Shown piece by piece: positions 39,543 through 49,828 of a stretch of 64,000 nt of DNA. The position numbers and the translations under genes are program-made. The number at the start of each line of letters is the position of its first letter. The first letter of the stretch is position 1. The notes beneath the pieces were generated by a model that was not told the origin of the DNA, made no database searches, and saw only the letters and a list, made by a program, of their open reading frames with translations. This DNA is from a bacterium. Its GTDB lineage: Bacteria > SZUA-182 > DTGQ01. The stretch lies in the NCBI GenBank assembly GCA_040752695.1, contig JBFMGO010000003.1, forward strand, positions 1 through 64,000. The letters are read 5' to 3'.

Positions 39543-41000
39543 CTAAGGATTATATGCGTACGGCAAAGGGAAGAGACTTTGATCTAGAGAAAAAAGCGGT
39601 AAAGGAGGCCATAACGGGTTTTGATACCATTCAATCCATGAGAGCAGATGATCAGTTGCAATGGATGTATTACCAGTAATTGCGGCTGTAATTGCCTTAT
39701 TACCAGTAACTTCCACCAGGTCAGGACAGCGGTGGAACGTGCTGATGCCCGTATTATCGATGTCCTCCAGCTTGTAAGAGTAAACAAGCCCTGGCATGGC
39801 CGTGGTATCGGTAAAGACATACCCGGCAGGTATGGCTGGCCCACCTTTGGCTTCTATGATGCAGGCATTGATCCTGGTGTATGGGCCATTTACCGCTTGC
39901 GGTTCACTTTCCCCCTCGCTGCGCCAGAGGTTGAAGCCTGCGGTATCTATCTCACTCAAGGTGTGCCAGGTGATGGTAATGCAGTCACTTCCGAGACCTG
40001 CGTTGTCTTGGCAAAATACCCTGCTGCATCGAGAGCCTGAGCTCCTTTGAGAGGCCGCGCTGAATCGGTCTAATTCGATTAAGGTCGGCCCCTCCTTAAC
40101 GGTGAAAGCATTCGCGAGCTTTACGTACCCTCCGTCAGGGTTGGTCACATGCAGGTCATAGGTGCCGGGACGATAGCCAGCAGGGACTGTGGCCATAATG
40201 GTGCTCGAATCAATAAAGCTGATATCCTCAAGGGGCCTTAATAATTCCATCACCTGAAGGCCTGAATACCCGTCAGTCACATAGGCAAGGCCGCTGGAAA
40301 TGACTACTCTATAGGCCTCACCTGGAGTATCGCATGAGCCAATAACGTGAGGGGATGCAGGATCGCTGATATCTATCACCACAAGGCCTGAATCCCTACA
40401 AGCTACATAGGCATGATCGCCGGAAATTGCTATGCCATAGACAAAGCCTGGAGTATCGCATGAGCCAATGATGTGAGGAGATGCAGGATCGCTGATATCT
40501 ATCACTGCAAGGCCTGAATCCCCACAAGCTATAAAGGTAAGGTTGCTGGAAACAGCTACATTCAAAGCAGAGCCTGAAGTATCGCATGAGCCAATGAGGT
40601 GAGGAGATGCAGGATCGCTGATATCTATCACCACAAGGCCTGAATCTCCACAAGCCACATAGGCATGATCGCCGGAAATAGCTACGCCAAAGGCATCGCC
40701 TGGAATACTGCATGAACCAATGAGCTGAGGGGAAGCGGGACTGCTGATATCTATCACCCTGAGACCTGAAGGATAACTAACAGCCACACAGGCAATATTG
40801 CCAGAGATAGCTACGCCATATGCATCGCCTGAAGTACCGCATGAACCAATGAGCTGAGGGGAAGCGGGATTGCTGATATCTATCACCTTCAAGGTGTACT
40901 CAACAGTCACACAGGCATAGTTGCCGGAAATAGCCATGTTGAGGACATAGTTTTGAATATCGCATGAGCCAATAATACTGGAAGAAAGTGTCCGGTAGAG
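39543..41000 (-). pseudogene. LVIVD-repeat (beta-propeller) surface protein, apparently 5'-truncated
   Basis: Six 42-aa repeats GL.VIDISDPASP..IGSCDT.G, IPT-like segment, ITW.T.SEID.AGFNLWR domain; no signal peptide; homology begins next to a MITE-like end. Confidence 0.65.
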
Positions 41001-41024
41001 AGATTCTGGCAGTGATATGTTGTA

Positions 41025-41055
41025 GATGTAGTACATGAAACTGAAAACCGCTATA
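41025..41055. mobile_element. single terminal end of the TA-flanked MITE family also found at 58923-59017
   Basis: tgaaaaccgctata identical to the MITE right end; reverse complement tatagcggttttcagtttcatgtactaca aligns with the MITE left end tatagtgatttgcagtcgtatgtactaca. Confidence 0.7.
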
Positions 41056-41100
41056 GAGTGAAAGGATGAGAGGTAAATACACCATCTTATGGTGTTTTTC

Positions 41101-41532
41101 TCAAGGAAGACATGACGAAATAAATACTTCAACGCCAGCTTTTTGAGCTGCACTCAAAAGCTGTCTGTTTAGGCTTATCAGTCTTGCTTCTTTTCTCATT
41201 GCAAGTTCTAAATAGGTTGTATCATAAGCGGTCAATTGGTAAGTAGATGCCAATTCGTAGATACGAGAAGAAAACTTGACTCCATGGGAATGATCGGTGT
41301 TCAGGTTAAACTGGCCAAACAACAGAATGATCTTGGGAATCTCCAGACGGTTTAACCGACCCTGCCTTTCGGCTACGAGCAGCACATTGGTCATCTCATG
41401 CCACCATAAGGCAGGAACCCAGAGCGAATAGTTCCCGGGGAGGCTCCCCAAAAATGACTTCACCTTCACAGAGGATTCATCAGGGAGGAATAAAGCAGAT
41501 GCGGCGTAACAGTCCATCACCCAGTCCATCAA
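41101..41532 (-). CDS. vapC: type II toxin, PIN domain (VapC family)
   Basis: VMDC, VPALWWHEMTN, LTAYD..YLELA; overlaps the antitoxin stop. Confidence 0.9.
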   Translation of the reverse strand: MMDWVMDCYAASALFLPDESSVKVKSFLGSLPGNYSLWVPALWWHEMTNVLLVAERQGRLNRLEIPKIILLFGQFNLNTDHSHGVKFSSRIYELASTYQLTAYDTTYLELAMRKEARLISLNRQLLSAAQKAGVEVFISSCLP

Positions 41533-41783
41533 TGCTCCCTGCCTTCCTGGATGTATGAGCTGATATCGACTTCCCCCTTGATCTTTTCTCTAATAGAATC
41601 AAATTCCCTGAGGAGTTCATCTTTACTCATCTTTTCCTCGTTGTATGGCAATGGCACGAGACAGGCAATGGGTTTTCCTCTCTGGGTAATAGTAAAGGAT
41701 TGCCCCTCCTGAACCTCCTGCAGTAAACGAAACAGGTGGGTCTTGGCATCAAAGGCACTGACTGTGGCAGGTAAATCTTTCAT
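41529..41783 (-). CDS. type II antitoxin, Phd/YefM family
   Basis: VSAFDAKTHL..LL..V..G.SFTIT.RGKPIA.LVP; start could be 41783, 41792 or 41798. Confidence 0.9.
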   Translation of the reverse strand: MKDLPATVSAFDAKTHLFRLLQEVQEGQSFTITQRGKPIACLVPLPYNEEKMSKDELLREFDSIREKIKGEVDISSYIQEGREH

Positions 41784-42079
41784 TGGCTTCATATTCATTA
41801 GTTTAATAAACTGATCAGTAAAAATCAAGAAATACTTGAGTTCTTATAGCACAAGCCTTTTTTCGGGCATGGGTAAGCGGTTATTCTCACTATTCAGCAC
41901 TTGTTTTCGTAATTATAATTAACTGTATATCGTCTATTTGATAAATTTAAAATAAATTTATTGTGCAATTAAAAAGCAACAGATGTGATCGAACATCGCA
42001 TTTCATCAAATTGCACCGTATTCTTTCAGCTCTTTTCAGCAAATTTTCAGCAAATTTTCGGGGGGGAGAGGAGGTGAAA

Positions 42080-42219
42080 GCATGTATTGAGTACAAGTTG
42101 CGGGAATTACCCGGCCAGTTGGCTTAAACAGACCTCTCACACTATCCTTGTCTGCCGCAGTGGGAGATGAGGGAAGAGCATAACTGGCCGGGGGTCTGGT
42201 GCGCAGTGTACTTATATGC
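42080..42219 (+). ncRNA. putative structured leader RNA (about 140-nt imperfect hairpin)
   Basis: Nested complements gcat/atgc, gagtaca/tgtactt, tgcg/cgca, cccggccagtt/aactggccggg, cctc/gagg, tctcacact/agtgggaga. Confidence 0.5.
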
Positions 42220-42312
42220 CCTCAGTAATGAGTCAAGCGAAGGGCTGATTATCAAGAGCAACCATCAATCAGGAATCGGTTAATTGGTACTCATGAAAAA
42301 AGGAGAACAGCT

Positions 42313-44445
42313 ATGAGACTCATGGGCAAAAAAACAGTAGGCAAAAAAACGATAGACAAAAAGGCAATAGGTATGATTTGTACGATACTCATTCTCATTA
42401 TCAGTATCAGTGCAATACAATGGCGAACTCATTCGAGCCGTCAATTGAGCTGTCAATTGAGCCGTCAATATACAGCGCGCAGCGGTAATCCTGATGCGCT
42501 CGGTATTGGCAATGTAAAAAAACTTATGGCAACTTATAACCGTTGGAAGGTATTATGGTCCCAGGCTGTAGGTGAGCAAAATCTGATCCTGTCACTTACT
42601 TATGTTAAGGGCCAATCGGCCAAATTTACCCGGGCAAGAGGCCAGGCAGTCATCAATCTGGTCGATGGTTCGGTACAGGTCGAAGTGTCGGGGCTGCCCG
42701 GAAAAGGGACATATGATGTCTGGATGCTTGGCCGTCACTCTGGCACAGGACACCCCGGCACAGGACACCGGCAGGAGGGGTCATGCCCTGATCATGACGC
42801 AGTGAATCTGGGCACCTTGAAGGGCGAAAACGGCACGGTCCGGCTTAAGGCTCAAGCCGGCTGTGAAGTTCCGGCAAGTCTTGAAATCGATTATGTAGTC
42901 GTAGCCTGTACCGGTCAAGATCCTGCGAAAACCGGTTTACTTTTCGGCTCGCCCAGCCTGTTTCAAAAGCTCTATTACAACGAACGTTCCGGACGACTGG
43001 CTATGGTCGGCGAAGCAGAAGAGGTGTCTGATTCTGCCTCGACAGGCGGCACTCTTTCCAGCGCCGCCTGCCGGTTTTTGGTTCCATCCCCGGCCTATGC
43101 GGACAACAGGGCGGACAACCAGAAGGAAAAAGTACTGTGTTCTCTTCAGAAACTTATCGACCAGGGGGAGTATCTGTTCTTTCATGAGACATTCAAGGGG
43201 AATGGCCGGACCTGCGGAACATGCCACCCAGCCACGAATAATTTTACGCTGGATCCCGCTTATATTAAAACGTTGGAGCCGTGCGATCCTCTTTTTGTTG
43301 CAGAGAACAATCCGGCCCTTGCTGAACTCGAGAAACCGGAATTGATGCGAAAGTTTGCCCTGATTCTGGAAAACGTGGATGGATTCGACGATCCGACCAC
43401 TATTTTTGTTATGCGCAGCGTTCCCCACCTGCTCGGCCTGTCAAATACCATCCTCTCGGACCCCAGTAAACCAGGTGAATATCCGGTGCAGAGGACCGGA
43501 TGGTCAGGCGACGGTGCCCCAGGCACGGGTTCTTTGAGGGAGTTTGCGATCGGTGCGGTAAAGCAGCATTTCACGAAAAGCCTTGCGAGGGTTGAGGGAG
43601 CGGATTTCAGGCTGCCAAGTGATGATGAATTGGATGCACTGGAAGCCTTTCAGCTTTCCCTGGGTCGACAGGAGGAGCTCGATCTGGAATCTATGCATTT
43701 TACCTCAGAGTCAGCGGAACTCGGAAAAACAACTTTTCTGGATAAAAACCCTGATGATCCACGGGCTGGCAAGTGTCAGCGCTGTCATGCAAATGCCGGA
43801 TCAAACAGCTCATCGACGCTCTTTAACGATAACCGCAATACCGGTGTTGAGGTTATGGAAGCCCAGCCAGCCAGACTTGTTGATTCCTCCATTCCCATCG
43901 ACGGCGGCTTCGGGCTGGAACCGAATCCTGACGGCAGTTACGGGGATGGCACTTTCAACATTACCTCAGTGATTGAGGCAGCCGACACTCCTCCCTATTT
44001 CCATAACAACGCGATCAACACCCTTGAGGCAGCGGTTAGTTTCTACAATGATGATGCCTTTAATAACTCGCCCAGTGGAATCACTCATCAGGGGCTGGTT
44101 AAGCTCGAAGCTACCCAGGTAGAGGCAGTTGCTGCATTTCTTCGCATAATCAACGCCATGGATAATATCAACTCCTCAAACAGATACGATGAGCTGGCTA
44201 AGGGCGCATCTTGCCTGAAGGGGAGGAAACTTCTTGAAATCGCGATTTCTGAGACCGAGGATGCCATCGAGGTTCTGAGCCGCGGAGTCTTTTTACACCC
44301 GGATGCTGTGTCGCTTCTGGAGAAAGCCCGCCTGTTTGAGATTACGGCTTGTGCATCAACAATTACCATGATCAGAAACAGCCTGATCGATAAAGCCATA
44401 GCCTCGAAGAACGCTGCATATGAACTCATGATTGCGAGCTCATAA
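42313..44445 (+). CDS. exported di-haem c-type cytochrome, cytochrome c peroxidase/MauG-like superfamily
   Basis: N-terminal TM; G..LFF.ETF.GNGRTCGTCH, second CQRCH, ADTPPYFHNN...TLE.AV.FY. Confidence 0.75.
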   Translation: MRLMGKKTVGKKTIDKKAIGMICTILILIISISAIQWRTHSSRQLSCQLSRQYTARSGNPDALGIGNVKKLMATYNRWKVLWSQAVGEQNLILSLTYVKGQSAKFTRARGQAVINLVDGSVQVEVSGLPGKGTYDVWMLGRHSGTGHPGTGHRQEGSCPDHDAVNLGTLKGENGTVRLKAQAGCEVPASLEIDYVVVACTGQDPAKTGLLFGSPSLFQKLYYNERSGRLAMVGEAEEVSDSASTGGTLSSAACRFLVPSPAYADNRADNQKEKVLCSLQKLIDQGEYLFFHETFKGNGRTCGTCHPATNNFTLDPAYIKTLEPCDPLFVAENNPALAELEKPELMRKFALILENVDGFDDPTTIFVMRSVPHLLGLSNTILSDPSKPGEYPVQRTGWSGDGAPGTGSLREFAIGAVKQHFTKSLARVEGADFRLPSDDELDALEAFQLSLGRQEELDLESMHFTSESAELGKTTFLDKNPDDPRAGKCQRCHANAGSNSSSTLFNDNRNTGVEVMEAQPARLVDSSIPIDGGFGLEPNPDGSYGDGTFNITSVIEAADTPPYFHNNAINTLEAAVSFYNDDAFNNSPSGITHQGLVKLEATQVEAVAAFLRIINAMDNINSSNRYDELAKGASCLKGRKLLEIAISETEDAIEVLSRGVFLHPDAVSLLEKARLFEITACASTITMIRNSLIDKAIASKNAAYELMIASS

Positions 44446-44545
44446 TTACGAGCTTTTGATATTGATTGCAAGCTCATGATATTGATTATAAGCGTTGTTA
44501 TTGATCATGAGCTCATGATATTGATTACGAGATCATGATATTGTC
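44424..44545. repeat. 21-bp-period degenerate tandem repeat derived from the gene end
   Basis: Repeated gctcatgatattgatt units starting within the last codons of 42313..44445. Confidence 0.75.
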
Positions 44546-44781
44546 GAGGCGAAAAAGGAACGTGAAAACGGGAAATACTCCCCTCATAGAGTAAGTTGTT
44601 CCCATCATCCCGCCCTCTTTCCTCAAAAAGGGAGAGGACGGGATGAGGAAGCACTGTTTTTCAGCCCTCAAGGGGGTACACTTACCTTACTCACATGGGG
44701 TTTCATCCAATAAGGATTCATCCAAGGGGTTTCATCCAATAAGGATTCATCCAATAGGGGTTCATTCTATAGGAGTTTCAT

Positions 44782-46299
44782 TCAACCGGCATCGCCGGTT
44801 TTAGGGCTGGATACCGGAGCGGTCCTGCCTCTCACTTTGCCGCGCAGGGATTCTCTGCCTACTTTAAAGCCGTAGAATTTCTTCCCGATCTGCTGGCACC
44901 GGCTGAGTTCTCTTTTCAGCCCATTAAGCCAGATTTTCATTTTCGGGGATCTTGAAGAAGATGCCAGACCATCCAAAAAAGCGTAGACAGCGTCCTGATC
45001 CTGTAAAACCGCCTGCTGGCGGTTGACCGCCTTTTGTATTTCCGGCAGGTTTTTTTCAATAAGCCGCTGGGCCTGCACGATAAATTGAGGGTTTGAACTT
45101 AAGATCTGGAGCAATTCCTTCGACTGAGAGTAAAGGCACTTGATCTGATACTTCCCATTCGGATTTCGGATCAGAACCTGATCCCGGTATTCCCTGAGGA
45201 GGGCAAGATTTTCAGCGGATTTTCCTATGGTCAACTGATAAGTCGAATTCCATGTCGGCTCTCCTGCTGTATTGCATCTGCCGTATATGGCCATGATACC
45301 TGCTCTATCATCTTCTGCCAGGGACCTTCTGACACCTGAATAATAAGGATACATGATGGCATCCAGATTTTTACTGTGATCCAGGGAAAGGTAATGCCCG
45401 AATTCGTGAAGCATGCAGGTCTGGATATCGTAATCGGCTCCATCTCCTGATACGCTCCAGGATATTCGGTCGTTGAACGCGCAGTCAGCCTCCAGCATGC
45501 AGCCTGACGAGGTATTGTACCAATAGGTAGTCTGGGCAAGGGTTTGTTCATCTAAATTGTTGTCATAGTAAATGATGTTGGTTCCATCATAGGCGGTGCC
45601 AGAGGTTTGAGAAATACCGCCATACATGAATTGAAAGCAGGCGCCACTTAAATTCCAGGTATCTGCTGCACCAAGGCAGGCCGATCTTTGACTCTCGGTG
45701 GTTTCGGCATTGATGTAAAATTCCTCTCCCATCGGATTTTCCTGACACCAGTGATAGGGGGAAACGGAATAGCCGTACGTGTAAGAATCAATCCCCGCTT
45801 CCTCAACAGGGCGAGGAGAAAAATCACCTCTTTGAGTACCGGATTGGACGCCCCTGATTTCAGCCAGGAATCGAGCTATCGGCAAACCTCTCTCGATAAC
45901 GAAGCTGTCATTCACATGGAATTTACCCTGAAACCCTCCCACCAGCCGTAATCCGGCATCTACAAAAACAACGACTCTTTCATTCTGCCAAAAACACGGG
46001 CTGTTCGAAGTTCTTTGGACTACCTCGCCCACGCATCCTCCCGGTACCGTGAAGCTCAAAGAAACAGGTGCCGTTTCCTTCAGGTTTTCGAGGACCGAAA
46101 GTTTCACGGTCGTGGAGATAGAGGTCCTGTTTGCATCCCATTCACTGCTAAAATCAACGATCTGCCCGTAGCAGATATGCCTGGCTTTATGAATGAGGGA
46201 AGACAGAGTGGTTCTTCGCATGAGGGCGTGGGAATGTGTGGGAAAAAAAAGGGGGCATAGTCCGATGAGGCAGCAAAGAAGCAGCAGACCTTTTTTCAT
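44782..46299 (-). CDS. secreted matrixin-like (M10) zinc metalloprotease
   Basis: Signal peptide MKKGLLLL...SHA; HEFGHYLSLDH; Met-turn AIMYPYY; SD AGGAGG. Confidence 0.9.
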   Translation of the reverse strand: MKKGLLLLCCLIGLCPLFFPTHSHALMRRTTLSSLIHKARHICYGQIVDFSSEWDANRTSISTTVKLSVLENLKETAPVSLSFTVPGGCVGEVVQRTSNSPCFWQNERVVVFVDAGLRLVGGFQGKFHVNDSFVIERGLPIARFLAEIRGVQSGTQRGDFSPRPVEEAGIDSYTYGYSVSPYHWCQENPMGEEFYINAETTESQRSACLGAADTWNLSGACFQFMYGGISQTSGTAYDGTNIIYYDNNLDEQTLAQTTYWYNTSSGCMLEADCAFNDRISWSVSGDGADYDIQTCMLHEFGHYLSLDHSKNLDAIMYPYYSGVRRSLAEDDRAGIMAIYGRCNTAGEPTWNSTYQLTIGKSAENLALLREYRDQVLIRNPNGKYQIKCLYSQSKELLQILSSNPQFIVQAQRLIEKNLPEIQKAVNRQQAVLQDQDAVYAFLDGLASSSRSPKMKIWLNGLKRELSRCQQIGKKFYGFKVGRESLRGKVRGRTAPVSSPKTGDAG

Positions 46300-46760
46300 T
46301 TCTCCTCCTGTTCGGGTTTCCTGAAATCGACCATAAATGTCCATCCCATAACGAAGTCCATAGCCGTACACTCTGAGCCGCGCTGTGGGAGAGACAGAGG
46401 GCGAATCCACCTCCCCCTTGAAAAAAGAGTCTCTCTCCCCCCCTTTGCGGCCGTTTTTCGCACCTCCAGGATCGTTGGAATAGACGTTTTTCAGTTTACT
46501 GCCTTTTATTTCTGGAAATAAAAATGATCTTTCGGCTTCTTACTTCTTTGATATCCACCGGTAAATATAAGGCCCGCTCTTTTCGGGGAGTGTTCTGGAA
46601 GCGACCAAAGGCCGGTTTCCGGCCATCCCCCCACACATGAATTTTCCGGCCCCCCATATGAGGCGAGTGCATATTCCATGAAGGGTGCACTTTTTTTCCA
46701 TTTTGGGATTGTTGAAAATATCCGATGAGACGATAAAAATTATATGAAAGGAAGAAATGT

Positions 46761-47528
46761 ATGGCCGTTGATACCGCGATCATTCTAGCAGCGGGTCAGG
46801 GAAACCGTTTGCTTCCCCTGACCCGGACCACACCCAAAAGCCTGATACCCATAGCCGAGACAACCCCTATCGATCATCTCTTACAGACTCTTGCCAGTCA
46901 GGGGATCGAATACGTGGTTATCGTAATCGGCTATCTGGGAGGCGCCATCCGCCGGAGAATCGGTATTCATTATCGGGGTCTGCAGGTCACCTGCGTTGAA
47001 AACCCCCTTTATGAATATACCGATAATATCGCCTCTTTGTGGTATGCCCAGGGATTTTTCTATTCGGACATTCTCCTTCTGGAGGCTGATGTTTTCATGG
47101 AGGAAGAGATCGTGCATGACCTGATCGTCTGCCCGCACCGCAACGCCATGGTCATTGACAGGTTTAATCCCGAGTTCATGAGTGGTACCATAGTCTTCGT
47201 AAACAGCGACGGCATGGTGGACCGGATGATCCTGGATTGGGAGCGGGATCAGGTCCTCAGTAATGCATATAAAACCGTAAATGCCTATAAACTGTCTTTC
47301 GATTTTTTGAACAGGCAGCTCATACCCCGTCTTAATTTATATTTTAACTATGGCCCGACAGAGAACAGCTACGAAATACTGATCAGGGACCTTTTGGCCG
47401 AGGGAGCCGTGAAATTTGCTCCGGTTCTGACCGGTCACCACCAGTGGGTTGACATCGACACCCCAAAAGATCTGCACCGGGCCTTGCAGATGTTTTCTGC
47501 CGGATCAAAGCTGATTGAAATAAAGTAA
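46761..47528 (+). CDS. nucleotidyltransferase (LicC/phosphocholine cytidylyltransferase-like)
   Basis: ILAAGQGNRL.PLT...PKSL, ENP.Y..TDN..SL, LEAD, WVDIDT..DL. Confidence 0.85.
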   Translation: MAVDTAIILAAGQGNRLLPLTRTTPKSLIPIAETTPIDHLLQTLASQGIEYVVIVIGYLGGAIRRRIGIHYRGLQVTCVENPLYEYTDNIASLWYAQGFFYSDILLLEADVFMEEEIVHDLIVCPHRNAMVIDRFNPEFMSGTIVFVNSDGMVDRMILDWERDQVLSNAYKTVNAYKLSFDFLNRQLIPRLNLYFNYGPTENSYEILIRDLLAEGAVKFAPVLTGHHQWVDIDTPKDLHRALQMFSAGSKLIEIK

Positions 47529-47758
47529 CCGTATCAAAGCTGATTGAAATATGCTCACTCATATTCGATAGCCACTACGTTAATCCTTTTAAAAGGTGTG
47601 TTGTTCGATGTATACAAGCAAATAAAGTAAGATGCCGTGGAAGGTTTTGATCACTATCGAGGACCGTCTTCTGGTTCCTGACTTCCGACCTCCAACCGCC
47701 GGCTTCGACTTATAGATACTTATATAATATTATATAAGAGAATAGGTAGATACCCTTT

Positions 47759-49714
47759 ATGTGTGGTATTTGCGGACAGATAAACTTTGACCTGAAAAAG
47801 CAGATAGATCCTGATCTTTTGCGCCGCATGACCCGTATCCTGCAGCACCGCGGGCCGGATGACGAGGGTGTATGGGTGCGGCAGAATGTCGGCCTGGGGC
47901 ACCGGAGGCTCAGCATCGCAGGTCCCGGCCCCATCGGGCATCAGCCCATGGCTAACGAGGATCAATCCTGCTGGATCGTTTTCGATGGAGAGATTTACAA
48001 TTACCAGGAACTTCGAGAAGACATGGAGTTGTTGGACCACCGCTTCCGGACGGCCACGGATACGGAGGTAATCCTGCACCTCTACGAGGAATTCGGCGTT
48101 AATTGTGTCTGCCGCCTGCGGGGGATGTTCGCCTTTGCCCTTTGGGACAGCCGCGAGCAGCGTCTTTTACTGGCCAGGGACAGGATAGGCAGGAAACCTC
48201 TGTTTTTTTCCCTGACCAATGATCGGATTCTCTTTGCTTCTGAAATAAAATCGATCCTCCAGGATAAACATTTCCCGAAAGAAGTGGATCTTGAATCCGT
48301 CCATCACTTTTTGACCTACGGCTACATTCCGACTCCCCGGTCAATCTTCCGGCGTATCGTCAAACTGCCTGCCGGTCACATTCTGGTCTGGCAAAGGGAA
48401 GAGGCACGGGTCCGCCGCTACTGGGATCTGGACTATCGGACCAAATTGATTTTACCGAATCATCAGGCTTATGAAGAGCACTTCCTGAAGGTTTTTGAGG
48501 AAACCGTACGGATCAGGCTTCGAGGCGATGTACCCGCAGGAGCCCTGCTGAGCGGCAGCCTTGAATCCAGTGCTACGGCGGCCATGATGTGCCGTCTACT
48601 CAGTCAGCCGGTTCGAACCTTTTCCATCAGCTTTCAAGAAAGCGGATGGAATGGACTGCTCAAGGCACGAGCTGTTGCGCACTTCTTCCATACGGAACAC
48701 CATGAACTTGTCGTTCGACCGAAAGCGGCCGAGGTTCTGCCCAAACTGGTCTGGCACTTCAATGAGCCTTTTGCCGATTACTCGGCCATAGCCATTTTCC
48801 ATCTGGCCCAATTCGCCAGCCAGGAGATTTCGGTTGTGCTGAGCGGGGATGGAGGGGATGAGTCCTTTGCCGGAAATGAACGCTACCTGGCAGAGCGCCT
48901 GATCGCTTCAACGGCTTTTTTCCCAAAGTACATCTCTCGTAATGTCTGGCCGCGAACTGACCGCTCTGTGCCAGACAGGATCGAGCACAAGAGCTTTGTC
49001 CACAGGCTGAAGCGCTTTATGGCTGCCGCTGGTGATACTCCGGAGCGAAGGTATGTACGATGGATCTGTCTTTTCGATAATGAGAGCAAAGAGTCACTGT
49101 ACTCGGAAGACTGGAGGCAAAAATTCCAAAGCCTGGACTCCGGCGACCTCTTGACAACAGCGTACCACAGGGCCAAAGGGGATAACCATCTGGACCGGAC
49201 GCTCTATCTTGATATGCATTCCTGCCTGCCTGATGATTTGATGGTCAAGATGGATACAGGTACGATGTCCAATTCCCTGGAAGTCAGGTCTCCCTTTCTC
49301 GATCATAAGCTGATTGAATTTGCCGCCTCCCTGCCCGTCAATCTGAAGTTGAGGGTGCTCAAGACCAAGTTCCTGCTGAGGAAAGCCTTACGGGGCCTCC
49401 TCCCGAAGGAGATTCTCTATCACCCCGCTATGGAATTCGGTGTGCCGATTGCCCGGTGGCTGCGGAAGGATCTGCGGGAGATGGCCTATGACCTTCTTTT
49501 GGATTCACGATGCATTCAGCGAGGCTACTTCAACCGGACGGCAGTAAATCGCCTCCTGGACAGCCATATGTTCGGCAGGAATGATCACAGCCACCGCATC
49601 TGGGCTCTTCTGATTCTGGAGCTGTGGCACAGGATGTTCATTGATGAAAGTATATCTGAGGAAATCAAGGCACCAGCCTATGCTCCGTCTGACACACTGA
49701 TGGCCAGCGGGTAG
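47759..49714 (+). CDS. asnB: asparagine synthase (glutamine-hydrolysing)-like amidotransferase with altered catalytic motifs
   Basis: MCGI, HRGPDD, TDTEV, GMFAFALWD, EPFAD, SGDGGDE, LEVRSPFLD; but FDGEIYN and SGSLESS instead of FNGEIYN and SGG(L/I)DSS. Confidence 0.85.
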   Translation: MCGICGQINFDLKKQIDPDLLRRMTRILQHRGPDDEGVWVRQNVGLGHRRLSIAGPGPIGHQPMANEDQSCWIVFDGEIYNYQELREDMELLDHRFRTATDTEVILHLYEEFGVNCVCRLRGMFAFALWDSREQRLLLARDRIGRKPLFFSLTNDRILFASEIKSILQDKHFPKEVDLESVHHFLTYGYIPTPRSIFRRIVKLPAGHILVWQREEARVRRYWDLDYRTKLILPNHQAYEEHFLKVFEETVRIRLRGDVPAGALLSGSLESSATAAMMCRLLSQPVRTFSISFQESGWNGLLKARAVAHFFHTEHHELVVRPKAAEVLPKLVWHFNEPFADYSAIAIFHLAQFASQEISVVLSGDGGDESFAGNERYLAERLIASTAFFPKYISRNVWPRTDRSVPDRIEHKSFVHRLKRFMAAAGDTPERRYVRWICLFDNESKESLYSEDWRQKFQSLDSGDLLTTAYHRAKGDNHLDRTLYLDMHSCLPDDLMVKMDTGTMSNSLEVRSPFLDHKLIEFAASLPVNLKLRVLKTKFLLRKALRGLLPKEILYHPAMEFGVPIARWLRKDLREMAYDLLLDSRCIQRGYFNRTAVNRLLDSHMFGRNDHSHRIWALLILELWHRMFIDESISEEIKAPAYAPSDTLMASG

Positions 49715-49828
49715 AGGCATTAGAGTGCAGGAGATTGATATTATTATATATAATAAAGATAATATATATAATAAATAAAGATAACGATTGATACTACGGA
49801 CGAGGTATGAGATTAACCGGAGGTGACT

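Noticed and set aside
40250..40980. 126-bp repeats as a DGR or other nucleotide-level repeat system
   Set aside because: They encode 42-aa LVIVD repeats; differences are not adenine-specific and no reverse transcriptase is present.
47759..49714. Lasso-peptide cyclase
   Set aside because: Full glutaminase domain with Cys1; no B protein, RRE or precursor nearby; neighbours are glycan-type enzymes.
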